A DNA stretch of 63,870 nt, counting the filler, from Reticulomyxa filosa (taxonomy: Eukaryota; Protista; Foraminifera), in assembly GCA_000512085.1 (NCBI GenBank). It is 21 parts of 21 records of this genome, joined end to end, with 100 filler letters (N's around TTAATTAATTAA, not from the genome) between each part and the next. Parts side by side here need not be neighbours in the genome. Positions count along the whole stretch, not along the records: positions 24,888 to 25,980 come from ASPP01002620.1; positions 26,081 to 30,447 come from ASPP01000673.1; positions 30,548 to 32,856 come from ASPP01023629.1; positions 32,957 to 35,105 come from ASPP01000818.1; positions 35,206 to 37,627 come from ASPP01022856.1; 16 more parts are not named here. One strand, written 5' to 3'. Of this stretch, positions 25,282 to 37,727 are shown one piece after another. The notes beneath the pieces are model-generated. The model was not told the DNA's origin and searched no databases. It worked only from the letters and a program-made list of their open reading frames with translations. How positions within the stretch are numbered: the stretch's first letter is position 1; each line of letters starts with the position of its first letter. Position numbers and translations under genes: made by a program.

Positions 25282-26080
25282 CTTGGAGAGTGCTCTTTGT
25301 GGTTATATAAATAAAAAATATCAAAGAAAGGTGATTTTTTTTTTTAAAAGAAAAACTTTTCTATAACCCCCTACTCTATCCCCTTTTTTCATATGTTCAT
25401 TCTATCACTATCTTCACTGTTTCTTTCAAATTTCTTTCGCATTTCTTTCTACACTCTTTTCCCACATCTTTACTACCTATTTCCTGCATCTTTTTCTTTC
25501 ATTTTCTTAAGAGAAACGCAATGAACTCCAGCAACACTACATACACACATACACACAACCCAACAAAAAAAAACCAACGATTTTCGCAATAACTTTCTGC
25601 TATGTTCCAGAGGGACATCGAGAGGAGGGGTTCCTATGTACTAATATCAAATATTTTGCATTCAATTTCCAAATAAAATGAAAAGTATAAAGAGTGGGTC
25701 ATTAAATACGTTTTTGAGGAGCGTGTTATTTCGATACTTTTTTTTTTGAGAAAGACGATGCACGTAAAAAGAATAAGTGAAGATGTCGCTTAACAAAAAA
25801 ATTTGTAATGTAAAATAATTTTTACATTTGATAAGTCTGTCGATTTATGAAATATTTAAATCACAATAAAAATATATTCTTTTGTCAAGAAAATTTTAAG
25901 CTGCTTTTTATATATTCCAACTAAAAAAAATTATGGTGTCACAAGAAATAAGTTATGCATCCCATTGATATATTTATTTTNNNNNNNNNNNNNNNNNNNN
26001 NNNNNNNNNNNNNNNNNNNNNNNNTTAATTAATTAANNNNNNNNNNNNNNNNNNNNNNNNNNNNNNNNNNNNNNNNNNNN

Positions 26081-26799
26081 AACAAAAATAACAAAATTTG
26101 GTGGTGGAAGCATTTTAGTCTGGTTATTTTTTGGAGCATTATAAATATGTTACGCTTGTAAGATGTAGTAAATACTGAGATATATATAAATTTTATCTGG
26201 CGATATGTTAAAGATTGTCAATTTCTGCTTAGAAAATAAAGAATATTGGATTTTCCATCAAGATAATGCAACATGCCATAAGTCGGAAAAAATTATAAAA
26301 TGGTTAAAACAAAAAAAAAACAATAAATTTCATCTAAATTCACATGCTTTAAATCCAATTAAAAATCTTTGGTGGATAGTAAAGACAAGTATTCACAAAA
26401 AGAACCATTTAATACTACCGAAGAACTTTGGAACTAATTCGAAACAGAATGTAAAAAAATAAAAACAAACATTGTAAAACCTTAATAAAGTCGATGCCAA
26501 GGAAAATACAGTCAGTTAAAAAAGTCAAAAAAGATTTAACACGTTGGAAAACTTGAATTAAATTTTAAAAACAAATCTTATCATAATCAGTCAACACAAA
26601 AAATTTTTTTTTAAAGTAAATGAAAGATTAAAATTTTTGGAAAGACTTAATAAAAAACCAAAATGATATTTAAAAACTACACGATTTGAAGAATTTTTTT
26701 AAAAAATATTTTGATTAAATGTTGTTTTTTCATTGAGAAACACAATCATCTCTATAAGGTGGCATTTTATGTGTCAACTTTCTTTTTTATCTTACTGCA
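26081..26799 (+). mobile_element. Tc1-like transposon 3' half (degenerate DDE transposase + right TIR, family B)
   Basis: KFGGGSILVW, IFHQDNATCHKS, ALNPIKNLWWIVK and LIKSMPRKIQSV occur with stops and frameshifts. The element ends ...GGTGGCATTTTATGTGTCAACTTTCTTTTTTATCTTACTG (26797). The last ~190 bp match the reverse complement of 50969-51151. Confidence 0.88.
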
Positions 26800-27694
26800 T
26801 TAATTAATTTATTGCGTTTGTTCATTAAAGGAATTCACTCATTTATATCATTATACAGTGTTAAATCAACAATCTTTATTTCTACTTGACGCGAGGACTA
26901 GTTGCATCATCCACATCAGTTCCAATTTCCACATAATTTATTATGGACATATTAACAATAACATTCAATTTTAACTACTTAAATTTAGCGATAGTAAGTC
27001 AAGCTCACTAACATTTTCTTCACTACCAAATGTGCTGTCAAAGTAGTTTAACTATGCATTTTTGGTAGGCTCTAAAATAAATGATACAAAATCCACACTA
27101 TCTAAGAAATTTGGCTAATCTAAGTCATTTAGAACGATCTATCTTGTTTCGATCAGAAGTGGATCATTAACGTCCATTATTCTCATATCTCAATATGTCC
27201 ACAATATTGACATCACAGTCAACTGGTGAACTTAGTTTGAGCATCTCGAAGTTCATGTCCATTTTTCTATTCTTTAATTTATTTATGTTTTCATTTGTAT
27301 TTTATGCTTATGCATTATTTTTTGTTGTGTATCCAACTGTGCTTGAGTGTTCAACAACGTATGACTATGTAAAAAAAAAGGCTGTGTTATGCGTGAAAAA
27401 AAGTAAGATCTTTAACTCAATTCTTTCAAAATCAAAATCCATTTTTTTTCTTGCACTCCAGAAAACAGCAAGAATGAACCAATTTCATTTTTTAAGGAAC
27501 ACTGCACCTTTTGCACATAAATAAGTGAATTACGCAAAGTGACAATCTCGTATAAGAGAGTTGATACGAAAATAAATTGGATATAGTATAATATGATATT
27601 AGTTACGTGATAAATATGAGGTGCAGTTTGGCTGCTTTCTTTTTAGGATAAATCAGATTTTTGGCGATAGTGAAATTTTAAAAAAAAAATCTAT

Positions 27695-29473
27695 TTAAGC
27701 AGTAGTCTTAATTAAAGCCAAAGCGTCTTGGCGAACAAAAGAGATGGTAACTTTGACACATTTGGATGAATTAGGGAGCATCTTCCCACCAATATTGATA
27801 ACAATAGGTAAAAATTCTTTGCAACCTTTAGGCAAGCCTCGTAACGCTTTTAAGTCTTTTAATTTTTTGGACTTGTCAACGACATAATTTCCAGTGTCAT
27901 CAATTAATGGCAAATAGTAATGGAACTCTCCTTTGGCAATGTCCATTATATCGATCTATTGTGTGTGTGTGTGTTTTTTTTTAAATACAATTGTTTATAT
28001 TTTTGGATAAAAAAGTGCAAAACAAATCGCAAAAAAAAAACTCGATAGGAAAAGTCATTCAGGTTCGAGAGGTTATCTTGGCTAAAGCGAATATGCCAAG
28101 GACCAAAAGCAAAAGTTCGATCGAAATCGAGTTTTATGTTGGTGCCATTGTCAACATAAGGTATCATCACAATACTTCGCCCGGGCTTTAGTTTCATCAT
28201 TTCCGGAACAAACAAAATCAAAATCGAGCCATTCAAATAGCATTTATATTCGCGACGCAGTTGTAGCCAGCCAAACGTAGTGAACTTTTGATTTCGAAAT
28301 TTCCCCAGCAACTCTTTCGCGATTGATTTTTCATGAACTCGAGCTGTACAATTACCACCCCCCCCCCCAAAAAAAAAAGTTTGGAGTGGCTCTAACGTAT
28401 CCCCACACATATACCTACTCACACACTACAGACTCAAAAAAAAAAAAAGAAAAACATGATTACGAATTCCAAGGACGTCTTCACAAATATACTTCAAAGA
28501 TTCTTTCCAAAACAAAACAGAATGATTTTCGTATCCAGTGCAATCAATCCACGCGGCAATGGAGGAGTGATTGACACGTGACCAAAACGGGAAAAACAAA
28601 TTTTGGCAAGCCATTTCATTAAATTGAACAGACTCGTGTCCCAATGTCGACAAATTGGTCAACACGCCATCGCCAAATATGTCTTTCAGCAATGGTAATA
28701 ACTCCTGTCTCATTCGACCACGATTACTCCAACGAGGAGTTGTATCCTTTTTTTTTTTTTATGTTTTTTAAAAAAAAAGGGGGGACACAAAGTTCAAACA
28801 TATACAAAACAAAAAAAAAAAAGAATGTACCTTAAAGTAGGGGATGCCATAAGTGTGAGCAAATTGGAAAATATCGTGTTTGATGTGCGATAACAAGGGC
28901 CTCCAAATGACAACGCCGTTGACAATGGACTCTGTGGTCATTCCGGAGATATTCAAAAGCGAGCATCCCTTCATCATATTCGAAATGACATTTTCTTGCA
29001 CATCGCCTTGATGATGTCCAAAGATGATTCCAACATTGTTTTGTGCAACAGTAGCTTTGGCAAAGATAGATATGTCATCTGTCGTCGTTGTCGTCGTCGT
29101 CGTCGTCGTCTCTTGCGCTTCAGAAGAAGAAGAAGAAGAAGAAGAAGAAGAAGAAGAAGAAGAAGAAGAAGAAGAAAAAGATTGTGGCAAAGTGTAATGA
29201 AATTCATGAAGTACTTTTTTATACGTATCGAAGCGGATATCCCGTGAGATGCGTTCATAGTCATCGCGTTTGGTGACGCCTCTGCGCACTTCCGAGATGA
29301 CACGCTTGCGGAAGAGCACGCCTTTTCGAGTGCACCAATCTTCTAAAAACGCAGCTTCGTCTTTGGACTCGACGCGATTGCCATAGTCGATATGAATACC
29401 CACAATTTGCATATCAATGTCAATGTTAATATCAGTATTCATATTTTTTTCCTTGCATTCATTATTATCGTTA

Positions 29474-29510
<37 letters not shown>

Positions 29511-30330
29511 CATTGTCATCATTGTCGTCATTGCTATTGTAAAGATGTTGACAAATACGAGTCCATTCAAACGTTTTCAAATAGTGAAGCAAGGCGATGG
29601 ACACCATGCTATCGACCCCTCCGGACAGCGACACAAACCAATGGATAGTACGACGCTGTTGCGACTTGGGATTGGTGCCAAGAACGGCGCCAAGTTTTTG
29701 GCGGACAAAGCGTTTCACCGTTTGGTACAAGGGTTCCTTCAACAACGTATCCTTGCGTTTCGTGTCGGAAAAGTCGATTTCAAACTCGTCATTTTCCAAA
29801 ATGTCTGTCTTCGAGATTACCACCGCTGTCGATGTGTCGTGCTTACTATCTTCTTCCTTTTCTTCTCTTTCTGTACCACTCTCAGTCATCAATTGTGTTG
29901 CTCGCGTGATGCTTTGGATCGTATGCAAGTCGCGGATAGTCGCTCTTCGAAAGCGGTTCAACAAGTGGTCCAAAGTTTCCGGAAGATACTGGCCCTGCGC
30001 GTATTCGATCACTTTTAGCACTTTTCCGATCAAATGCTCTCTCTTCGAGTGTCGACATGGCATCAACAAAAACACAATTTGAGGGATCGTGTAGTAACAG
30101 AACAGCTCGTAGCCTGCCTCTTCCGTGCCCAGATGCTCCAATAACGATTGCGACATGCCGCATGCTAACTCGTCGCATGCGTCCACGTGCGGTCGCTTCC
30201 CCTTCTCTTTCTCGTTCTTTCGCTGCGATAGATGTGCCGTGAAAACTGATCCAATACTATTATCCCTGCCAATTGCGATTGATACGAGTGCTTCTTCCAC
30301 ACGTCCAATATCCCCTTTTTATTCTCTCGC
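27695..30330 (-). CDS. tilS: tRNA(Ile)-lysidine synthetase-like PP-loop ATPase with N-terminal DUF924-like region (multi-exon, 5' truncated)
   Basis: VSLSGGVDSMV (PP-loop), IHIDYGNRVES, SRDIRFDTY, GHHQGDVQENV, IWRPLL and GIPYFK/DTTPRWSNRGRMRQELLPLL. The N-terminal region contains QIVFLLMPCRHS. Poly-N, poly-S and poly-T insertions are present. Confidence 0.8.
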
Positions 30331-30547
30331 AATTTGTTTAATAAACCCCCCTTTTTTTTTTTTTTTTTTTTTTTTTGATGTTTGTGTTATACTTTGTTAA
30401 ACCTGGTTAAAAACGTTTTAAGCTGTAAACAACTTTTTTTTTTTTTTNNNNNNNNNNNNNNNNNNNNNNNNNNNNNNNNNNNNNNNNNNNNTTAATTAAT
30501 TAANNNNNNNNNNNNNNNNNNNNNNNNNNNNNNNNNNNNNNNNNNNN

Positions 30548-30589
30548 GGTGGCATTTTAGGTGTCAACTTTCTTTTTTATCTTAATGTA
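30548..30589 (-). mobile_element. Tc1/mariner TIR (family B) at contig start
   Basis: GGTGGCATTTTAGGTGTCAACTTTCTTTTTTATCTTAATG+TA. It matches 26758-26797 and the reverse complement of 50969-51006. Confidence 0.8.
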
Positions 30590-30611
30590 TAAACACTTAT
30601 TAAGTCTTTTC

Positions 30612-31434
30612 AATCACAGACTATCTTCACTCTATGTTGTACTACTTATCTCTTGCATTTATTTGAAAGGTTATACATTCAATTTTTTTAGATGGCTTTT
30701 ACAATATGTCTTTTTTTTGTAGCAAAAATTTTTTTATTAAATCTCTATCAAACTGTAAAGAAAAAATAATCCATTAACAAACGTTTACACTTGTGTTTAA
30801 AAGAATCTTTTATGTGATGCAAGGATATGCTGTCAGTTTTTTCCAGTTCTCTTTGTATGTCCTTTGCAGTTTAACAATTATCAGTACCAACCATCTGACC
30901 ACTCGACTGCGCATTTTATCACTTAGAATAGATTTTCTTTATGATTCATTCTTTATGTTGACATTCCCGTTTGTTTGAAACGCTTTTTTCCAATTTTGGA
31001 CAGCCATCACGCCAACATTGAAGTGTTTTGCCACTTTTCGCATAGACTTTCCATCCAAAAGCATTTTCAAAGCTATTCCCTTTGTAAACTCATCAAAGTG
31101 ATTTCCCATAATGATTTTTACTTTCTTCTTTGTTTATTGTGCGTTAAATACTTTAATATTAGCCAGTATAATTCATTTTAAACTTTTTTTGTTTGGTAAG
31201 ATAGTTTTTTTTTGAACATTGAATTTTTCGAACACATGAGGAAAAAGAAAGATGCAAAACTTTTCAAATAAATGCAAGAGATAATATAGTACAACATAGG
31301 GGAAAGATAGTCTATGATTTGTTCTATGTATCTACAAAATTATTTTTACTTTAGCTCTTTTCATAAAGATATACAAGTCAAATACTAAACAAGCCTTTTT
31401 TTTTTGGTGTAATGTTTTTTTGTAAACTACTGTA
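30612..31434 (-). mobile_element. Internally deleted Tc1-like element (transposase HTH remnant between inverted repeats)
   Basis: ATG at 31109 gives MGNHFDEFTKGIALKMLLDGKSMRKVAKHFNVGVMAVQNW/KKRFKQTG...TAKDIQREL. There are ~57-bp inverted repeats at 30612-30668 and 31262-31319. A TA-CAGTAGTTTACAAAAAAACATTACACC terminus starts at 31434. Confidence 0.7.
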
Positions 31435-34257
31435 CTTAAGTGATGAACTTTTGAAAAGTAAAAACACTGATCCAAAAAAATTTAGTTACTCAAACAACCC
31501 CTGAGATGATCTTTGATGCAAAGATGATGAAAAAGATTCTTTTCAACCTTTTTTTTTAAGAATATGAAGAGCCAATAAAAATTGAAATGAATTTGTTTTA
31601 TTTAGTAAATATAAACGTTGCAATGAGAGATAAGCGTTTCATTTTGTAAAATATTAAGACATGACAACAATAGGACATAATTTTTTCAATTTATTGATTT
31701 GAAAGAACAATTGCTTTGGGTTACAAATATAAATATTTCAACAGGTGGTAATACAATTGTATCAATTTTTTATGAGAGAATAACTCTAATTTCTTAGTAT
31801 TTTTGCTTCTTTACTAGCAAACAAGGTTTTATTTTCCATTAAAAAAACTTTTTGGAGTCAACAAGAGGAAAATTGTTCAAGAGAACAAATTTGGCCTGTC
31901 AGTTAATAAAATCATTATAAATTTCTAGATTGTTTGACCAATTAAAATCTTTCTTTGTATGTTTAGGAAATATGAAAGAAATTGTTCAAAGTAACAATAA
32001 TAATAAACCTATCACAGAAACGTTTAAAATATAATCAATACAAATCTTATTTAAAGGGAAATAGGAATAGAATGCAAAGTAGATTGATTAGTGCAAATAA
32101 ACAAACCTGAATTGAATCGTATCAAGTGTATAAAAAAGACAATATTTGAGTTACAACTGATAATAAAACGATTGTCTCTACATCAAAGAGTTGTTTCTTT
32201 GTGATTCTGTTTTAAATTAATTCTAATGTGCAAACAAGTTTGCGGAAATTGGCCAAATTACATAAAGTTATTGATGCAAGAGTTTTTTATAAAATCAAAT
32301 TGTTCTAGAAAAATGATATCACATTTCATTTTTTTTAAAACATATTTAAGAGTTTTTTTTCAGTTAGAGGCTAAGATCATCAAACTTTTTTGTTTCTACT
32401 CCCCTCTAATACACTAAGCGCAAAATATTCTGTTTGTTACACGGAGGACAACATAAAGGAAAATAGAAACTTTCTAAAAATAACATCTGTCATCTTTGTC
32501 TTTCATGACTTCTTGCATAGTGAAAGGTATCAACTTGACTACTTAGCGTTGATCTGTCTGTATTTGTCTAGGTTCTCTTGTATGTTGGAATGTGTTTGTG
32601 TCGATACGATGCTCGTTGATGTGGGAAATCGATTTTTGCAATGCCTAGGTCGTAACAATGAAACTTGCCAATTTTTTTAAAGCATTTTCAGAAAGTTCCC
32701 AATGCGTAGATATTTGTAAAAAAAGATTAGTCTTCTACATTGCGTAGTTTTTGAGAAAACTCAATTTTTTGTTAACTAAAAATTTTTTTTTTGCAAAATT
32801 TAAGTTTTTTTCAAATTTGTACATTGTGAAAGTATGATTATTTTTGACTACTGTTTNNNNNNNNNNNNNNNNNNNNNNNNNNNNNNNNNNNNNNNNNNNN
32901 TTAATTAATTAANNNNNNNNNNNNNNNNNNNNNNNNNNNNNNNNNNNNNNNNNNNNACGCTTGCTGTTTGTTTTCACATTATTTTTTCCAAAATTATCTC
33001 TTTTTTTTTTGTTTGCTTTGTTTTGAGAGGGATAACTTGAAACCAACTTTTCAAAGAGTTGCTATCTGACACGTTTGTCTTCAACCCAACATCCAATAGC
33101 TTTGTTGTATCATACATCCCGTAGCTTCGGGTCCGATAGTGTGGCAAGAAATCTTGTGCATGTGTGTCAGCATGACGACAACTGGAAAGGATATAGTCTT
33201 AATAATATTAAGAAGGTCATTATTTAATATTGAAGAGGGATTGGACGCCATTATTATTTCAATTTTTTTTTTTACATTCCAGGCCAGTACCCTTTTACGC
33301 GTCAAGTGTTGAAGCAGCAAGAGTAAAAGTGGATTTTTTTTAAATAAAAAACAACGCAAAAGGTACGTCCAAGGTTGAAGAGATAAAAAGTTCGATAAAA
33401 ACAGTGCAAGGCTGCAAAACTTCAAAGTTTGTGGCATACGTTTCTATGATATTTATATTCATAATATCTTTTGTTTATCCAAAACGTTCCTTGATTCTGT
33501 CTTTTTTTCACTTGAACAAAAAAAAAAAGAAACGGTTACAAAGAATGTGTATTTGTTATGCACCGAATGCTGCGTTTATTGAACAATAAAGAGAAAGAGT
33601 TGACATTATTCGATATCTTTTTGTTTGCTTGTATAACTACCATTCGATTTGTCCATAAGCGGAGCATTTTCTTTTGTGTCAAGACCATAGTGTCCACGAT
33701 AATGATGGCAATTGGCCTATTTTATTACCCAAGTATACTTGCTGACTTTTTTTTTGCAAAAAAAAACTGTTGTTTTCATTGTACGTGCAAACAAGTATCG
33801 TCATTCTCTGTCCATTTGAACATTTTTTCACAGCGTAGAGATAGCTATGCTGTAAATATCCTATAGTCGATCTGTGCAACAAAAAGGTCATTTTTGCATA
33901 ATATTGTTTGGAAATATGTTATACCAAGATTCTGTGTTTTATTGATTTTTTTTTATTATATAAAAAAAATGTGTAGTTGATTGATTTATTGGGTCTTGTT
34001 TTTTTCATGGATTCCCCCTGCACCACAATTTACAAAAATGGAAATGCGAGGACACATTTAGAAAAACGTTTTTTGTAAAGTGTTGTTCAAAAGGTGACAC
34101 GTTTTCAAGGTTGATACATTTTTTTTAGAGTTGAAAGATGGAGGCACAATTTCATATTTATTTGCTTCCACTAAATGGTAACCGCCTTAAATTCTAAAAA
34201 AAAAGAAAAGAAAGAAAAAAATATATAATATATTCGAAGCAGGCCTTCTTGTAGTAA

Positions 34258-35060
34258 TTATCCCAAGATTTTTTTCTTGTAGAGGAGATGGGCATAAGTT
34301 CCAGCTTCAGTGATGATGTCACAAGCCTTGCGAATATCCTCTTCGCCATGTGCAGCAGTGCAGCAAAATCGAACACGACTCAACTGCAATGGTGTCGCTG
34401 GAAAGGAGACGACCACGACAGCGAGCTGTTTCATCCAAAAAAAAAAAAAAAAAAGAATTTTTTTTGAGATTGTTTGTATTGTTGTGATCTTAAATTTTGT
34501 TTAACTCCTTTCTCCAAGCATTTTCTCGAAAAAGCGGGCATTTTGGCAGGATGGCCAATGATGACAGGCACAACTGCGGAGTCCTCGTCGCCCATGACAT
34601 GGAATCCTCTTTCTCGCAGCACTTGTCTCAACAGGTTGGAGTTTTTGATCAATCGTTGCATTCGTTGTTTGCCAGTGTCTGTTTTGATAACTTGGAAGGC
34701 AGCCAACACTTGGGCCACACACGGAGGCGACAATCCACTGGAAAACATTTGACTAGCGCAAACGGAGCGTACGGCAGAGATTAATTTCTATTTTTATTCA
34801 TTAATTTATTTTGAGCTGACATATTTTTTTTTTTATGGTAAAAAAAAAAAGTGGTGAAAAAAGTTTTTTTATATGTCGACAAAACAAATCAACTTTCGTT
34901 CCTGCCACGTATCCTCCAATGGCACCAAAAGATTTGGTAAAGGTTCCCATGAGAACGTCCACATCTTTTGGGTTCACTTTGGAATATTCACAAACGCCAC
35001 GTCCTGTTATGCCAACTGCGCCAATCGAATGTGCCTCATCCAAATACAAGTAGCACTACC
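34258..35060 (-). CDS. SPTLC2: Serine palmitoyltransferase catalytic subunit LCB2 (3' part)
   Basis: [10 protein letters not shown], the PLP-lysine motif [22 protein letters not shown] and [17 protein letters not shown] introns are present. Stop at 34258. Confidence 0.9.
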
Positions 35061-35205
35061 GAGAGCAAAAGAGAAAGAGACGAAGCAAACATAAAAAAAA
35101 AAAAANNNNNNNNNNNNNNNNNNNNNNNNNNNNNNNNNNNNNNNNNNNNTTAATTAATTAANNNNNNNNNNNNNNNNNNNNNNNNNNNNNNNNNNNNNNN
35201 NNNNN

Positions 35206-35734
35206 TGATAATGATATGATGAAAATTTCACACAATTCACATAATTTGAATGTCCATTGAATGATTGAATTTGTTTGTTGTTATCAATATTCCATACACG
35301 GACTGTTTTATCACTTGATCCAGAACAAATGAGTTGACAATTATAAAGTTTTGAGTAATCAATACTCCACACATTGTTTGTATGTCCAGTAAATGTATTG
35401 ATTAATTCGGATGATGAACGAAATGTGTCAAATATGAAGACATAAGATACCTATATTAAATAAACATTTGATATTTTAATTGATATTTAAAAAAAAGAAA
35501 AAACAAATGAACTAACATAATTGACAACAAGTTTGTCAAAATCATTAATCCATCCTAATTTAATTTTCAATATTCGAATCCAATGTTGTATGATTACTTG
35601 AACCTTTTCTTCTTCAGACTGTTTGGGTCACAATTTACATAAACAAAAAGACAATAGATTTTCTGAAAGCTTATAATAAAACTTACCAACGCTAGTTGTA
35701 TTGAAGTTTGCTTCTTATTGCTAAGTGTGGTCAT
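35206..35734 (-). CDS. WD40 protein of an expanded lineage-specific family, 5' part
   Basis: MTTLSNKKQTSIQL / IIQHWIRILKIKLGWINDFDKLVVNY / FDTFRSSSELINTFTGHTNNVWSIDYS...ICSGSSDKTVRVW. Confidence 0.75.
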
Positions 35735-35945
35735 TTTGTTTTTTTGCTTAAGATCGTTTTTGATAATGTAAAATGTAAGATGTTGAACTTTTTTCCTTCG
35801 AAGACAACGAAAAGGGTTTTCAAAAATATTTTTGCCAACATGAAAAACGGATTTTAACAATACATGTGATTTCTTTTTCAGTGAAGATAAATTTTTAAAA
35901 GGAACTTGTAATATATAAAATATAATAAACAATTACAAATATTCA

Positions 35946-36223
35946 ATGAACACATTAGGTGTTTGTGGTATTGAATTTTCACAATTTAGTGGGGCAGATA
36001 TTTGTGTTCTGTATCTGAAGACAAAACAATTCGTTTATGGGATGTTGAAACATCAAAATCATTACATGTTTCCAATGGACATACATCTTATGTTTTGTGT
36101 GTTGATATTTCACCATTACAAATCAATAATAAAAATGATAATAATAATGAAATGAATGATATTGGTGTGATTGGCACAATTTGTTCTGGATCATTCGATA
36201 AACCATTCAAATATGGGGGATAA
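35946..36223 (+). pseudogene. WD40 family fragment
   Basis: VCGIEFSQFSG / CSVSEDKTIRLWDVETSKSLHV..GHTSYVLCVDISPLQ. It is frameshifted and truncated relative to the paralogue at 46661-47680. Confidence 0.7.
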
Positions 36224-37415
36224 AATTTAGTTCGTGATTTTGTATGAACTTCTACATCTTTGAATTTTTCATTCGGTAATATGAATGAAATTATTATTTT
36301 TTTGAAAAGCTTTGTTTTTAATGAATAAATAATTAAATGGAAAAGTATTTTACTTTTTTTTAATGCAAAAGTAGGAGATTTTCCGTTCAAAAACAAATCC
36401 AAATTTACAAAAGTCAATCATTATTACTGTTGTTTGCATTTGCAAGAGGAAATTAGAAAACTCTCACACTGAACTTAAAACTCATTAACTACTTTTTATA
36501 AATCAAATTTATTCAAGTGATGTAAAAGCATATTGTAAAATATGATATCTGGAAGAACATATTTGCTTTGCATAATTTCGATAATTCAATTGATTGAATT
36601 AGGATACTTTAATTTTTTATGTTTTGATGCTATTCATCAAATTTAATTTGATATGAAGAAGTTGTCTAATGAGAACACAAAAGAACAAAGTTTCAGATTG
36701 TGCCCTTATTCAATACTCTCTGTCTAAGATCAGTTGTAATAATCAAAAAACTGGAATTATTCTAAACAGTCAATGTCTTTGCACAAAAACATAATACACT
36801 CGACAGAGTACACACTTTCTTTAGACAAATTACACAAGATTTTTGATAGTTAACATGTTTTGCGCAATTCATATTTTGCTTATTTTATGGTTGTGGAATA
36901 AAAAAAACGCTTTGTTTTGTCATCATAGTGTTTTCCAATATACTTGATGCAGGCAAACACTTCTATTTCGTATTGTCTAATTTGTGATTATTTTCATAAT
37001 AGTCCATCTATAATGCTTTTCTTAATAGCAACAGTTTATACACTCTTCAAACAGATTCAATGACAACAACAATATTTCAATTTTTACATAAGATTCCGTG
37101 TTCTTCGAAACAGAAAAGAATTTTATCATGAATTACTACAAAGACAACCTGGTCGATTATGTAAAAAACACAACACTTGAAATATCTTGCAATTTATTTT
37201 GATATTTGAATATAATTTTCATTAATTATGATTTTCAATTCTTTAAAAAAAATTGAATGTAGCTTTTTCAATTTTTTAAACAACAAAGTAAGACAAACAT
37301 ATCTTTTAATGTTTGCATTCAATCAAATCAAATAAGTTTAATACTACCTTACTTTTCTTTAAATCAAACTTTTCAAACAAAAATACTTCTATTTCTTGTT
37401 CAACAAAAAAGTAAA

Positions 37416-37627
37416 TTATCCCCAAATACGAATGGGACCATTGCCTGAACCATAACACAAATTCAAATCATATTTGACATTTTTTGTCTCATCTTTCTTT
37501 TTTAATTCAATAAATTTCAGACAAATTATTCCAAAATCTTCTTCTTCATTTCCATTGATCATATACAATTCATTCTTATTTGATCGAATATCCCAAAAAC
37601 GGATTGTATTATCATATGATCCAGAAC
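37416..37627 (-). CDS. WD40 family protein, 3' end
   Basis: SGSYDNTIRFWDIRSNKNELY...GIICLKF...LNLCYGSGNGPIRIWG*. This is the same C-terminus as 46661-46870. Confidence 0.75.
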
Positions 37628-37727
37628 NNNNNNNNNNNNNNNNNNNNNNNNNNNNNNNNNNNNNNNNNNNNTTAATTAATTAANNNNNNNNNNNNNNNNN
37701 NNNNNNNNNNNNNNNNNNNNNNNNNNN

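Noticed and set aside
29085-29530. (GTC)n, (AGA)n and (TAT)n microsatellites giving poly-R/K/I ORFs
   Set aside because: They are low-complexity inserts within the TilS-like reading frame or its introns, not separate genes.
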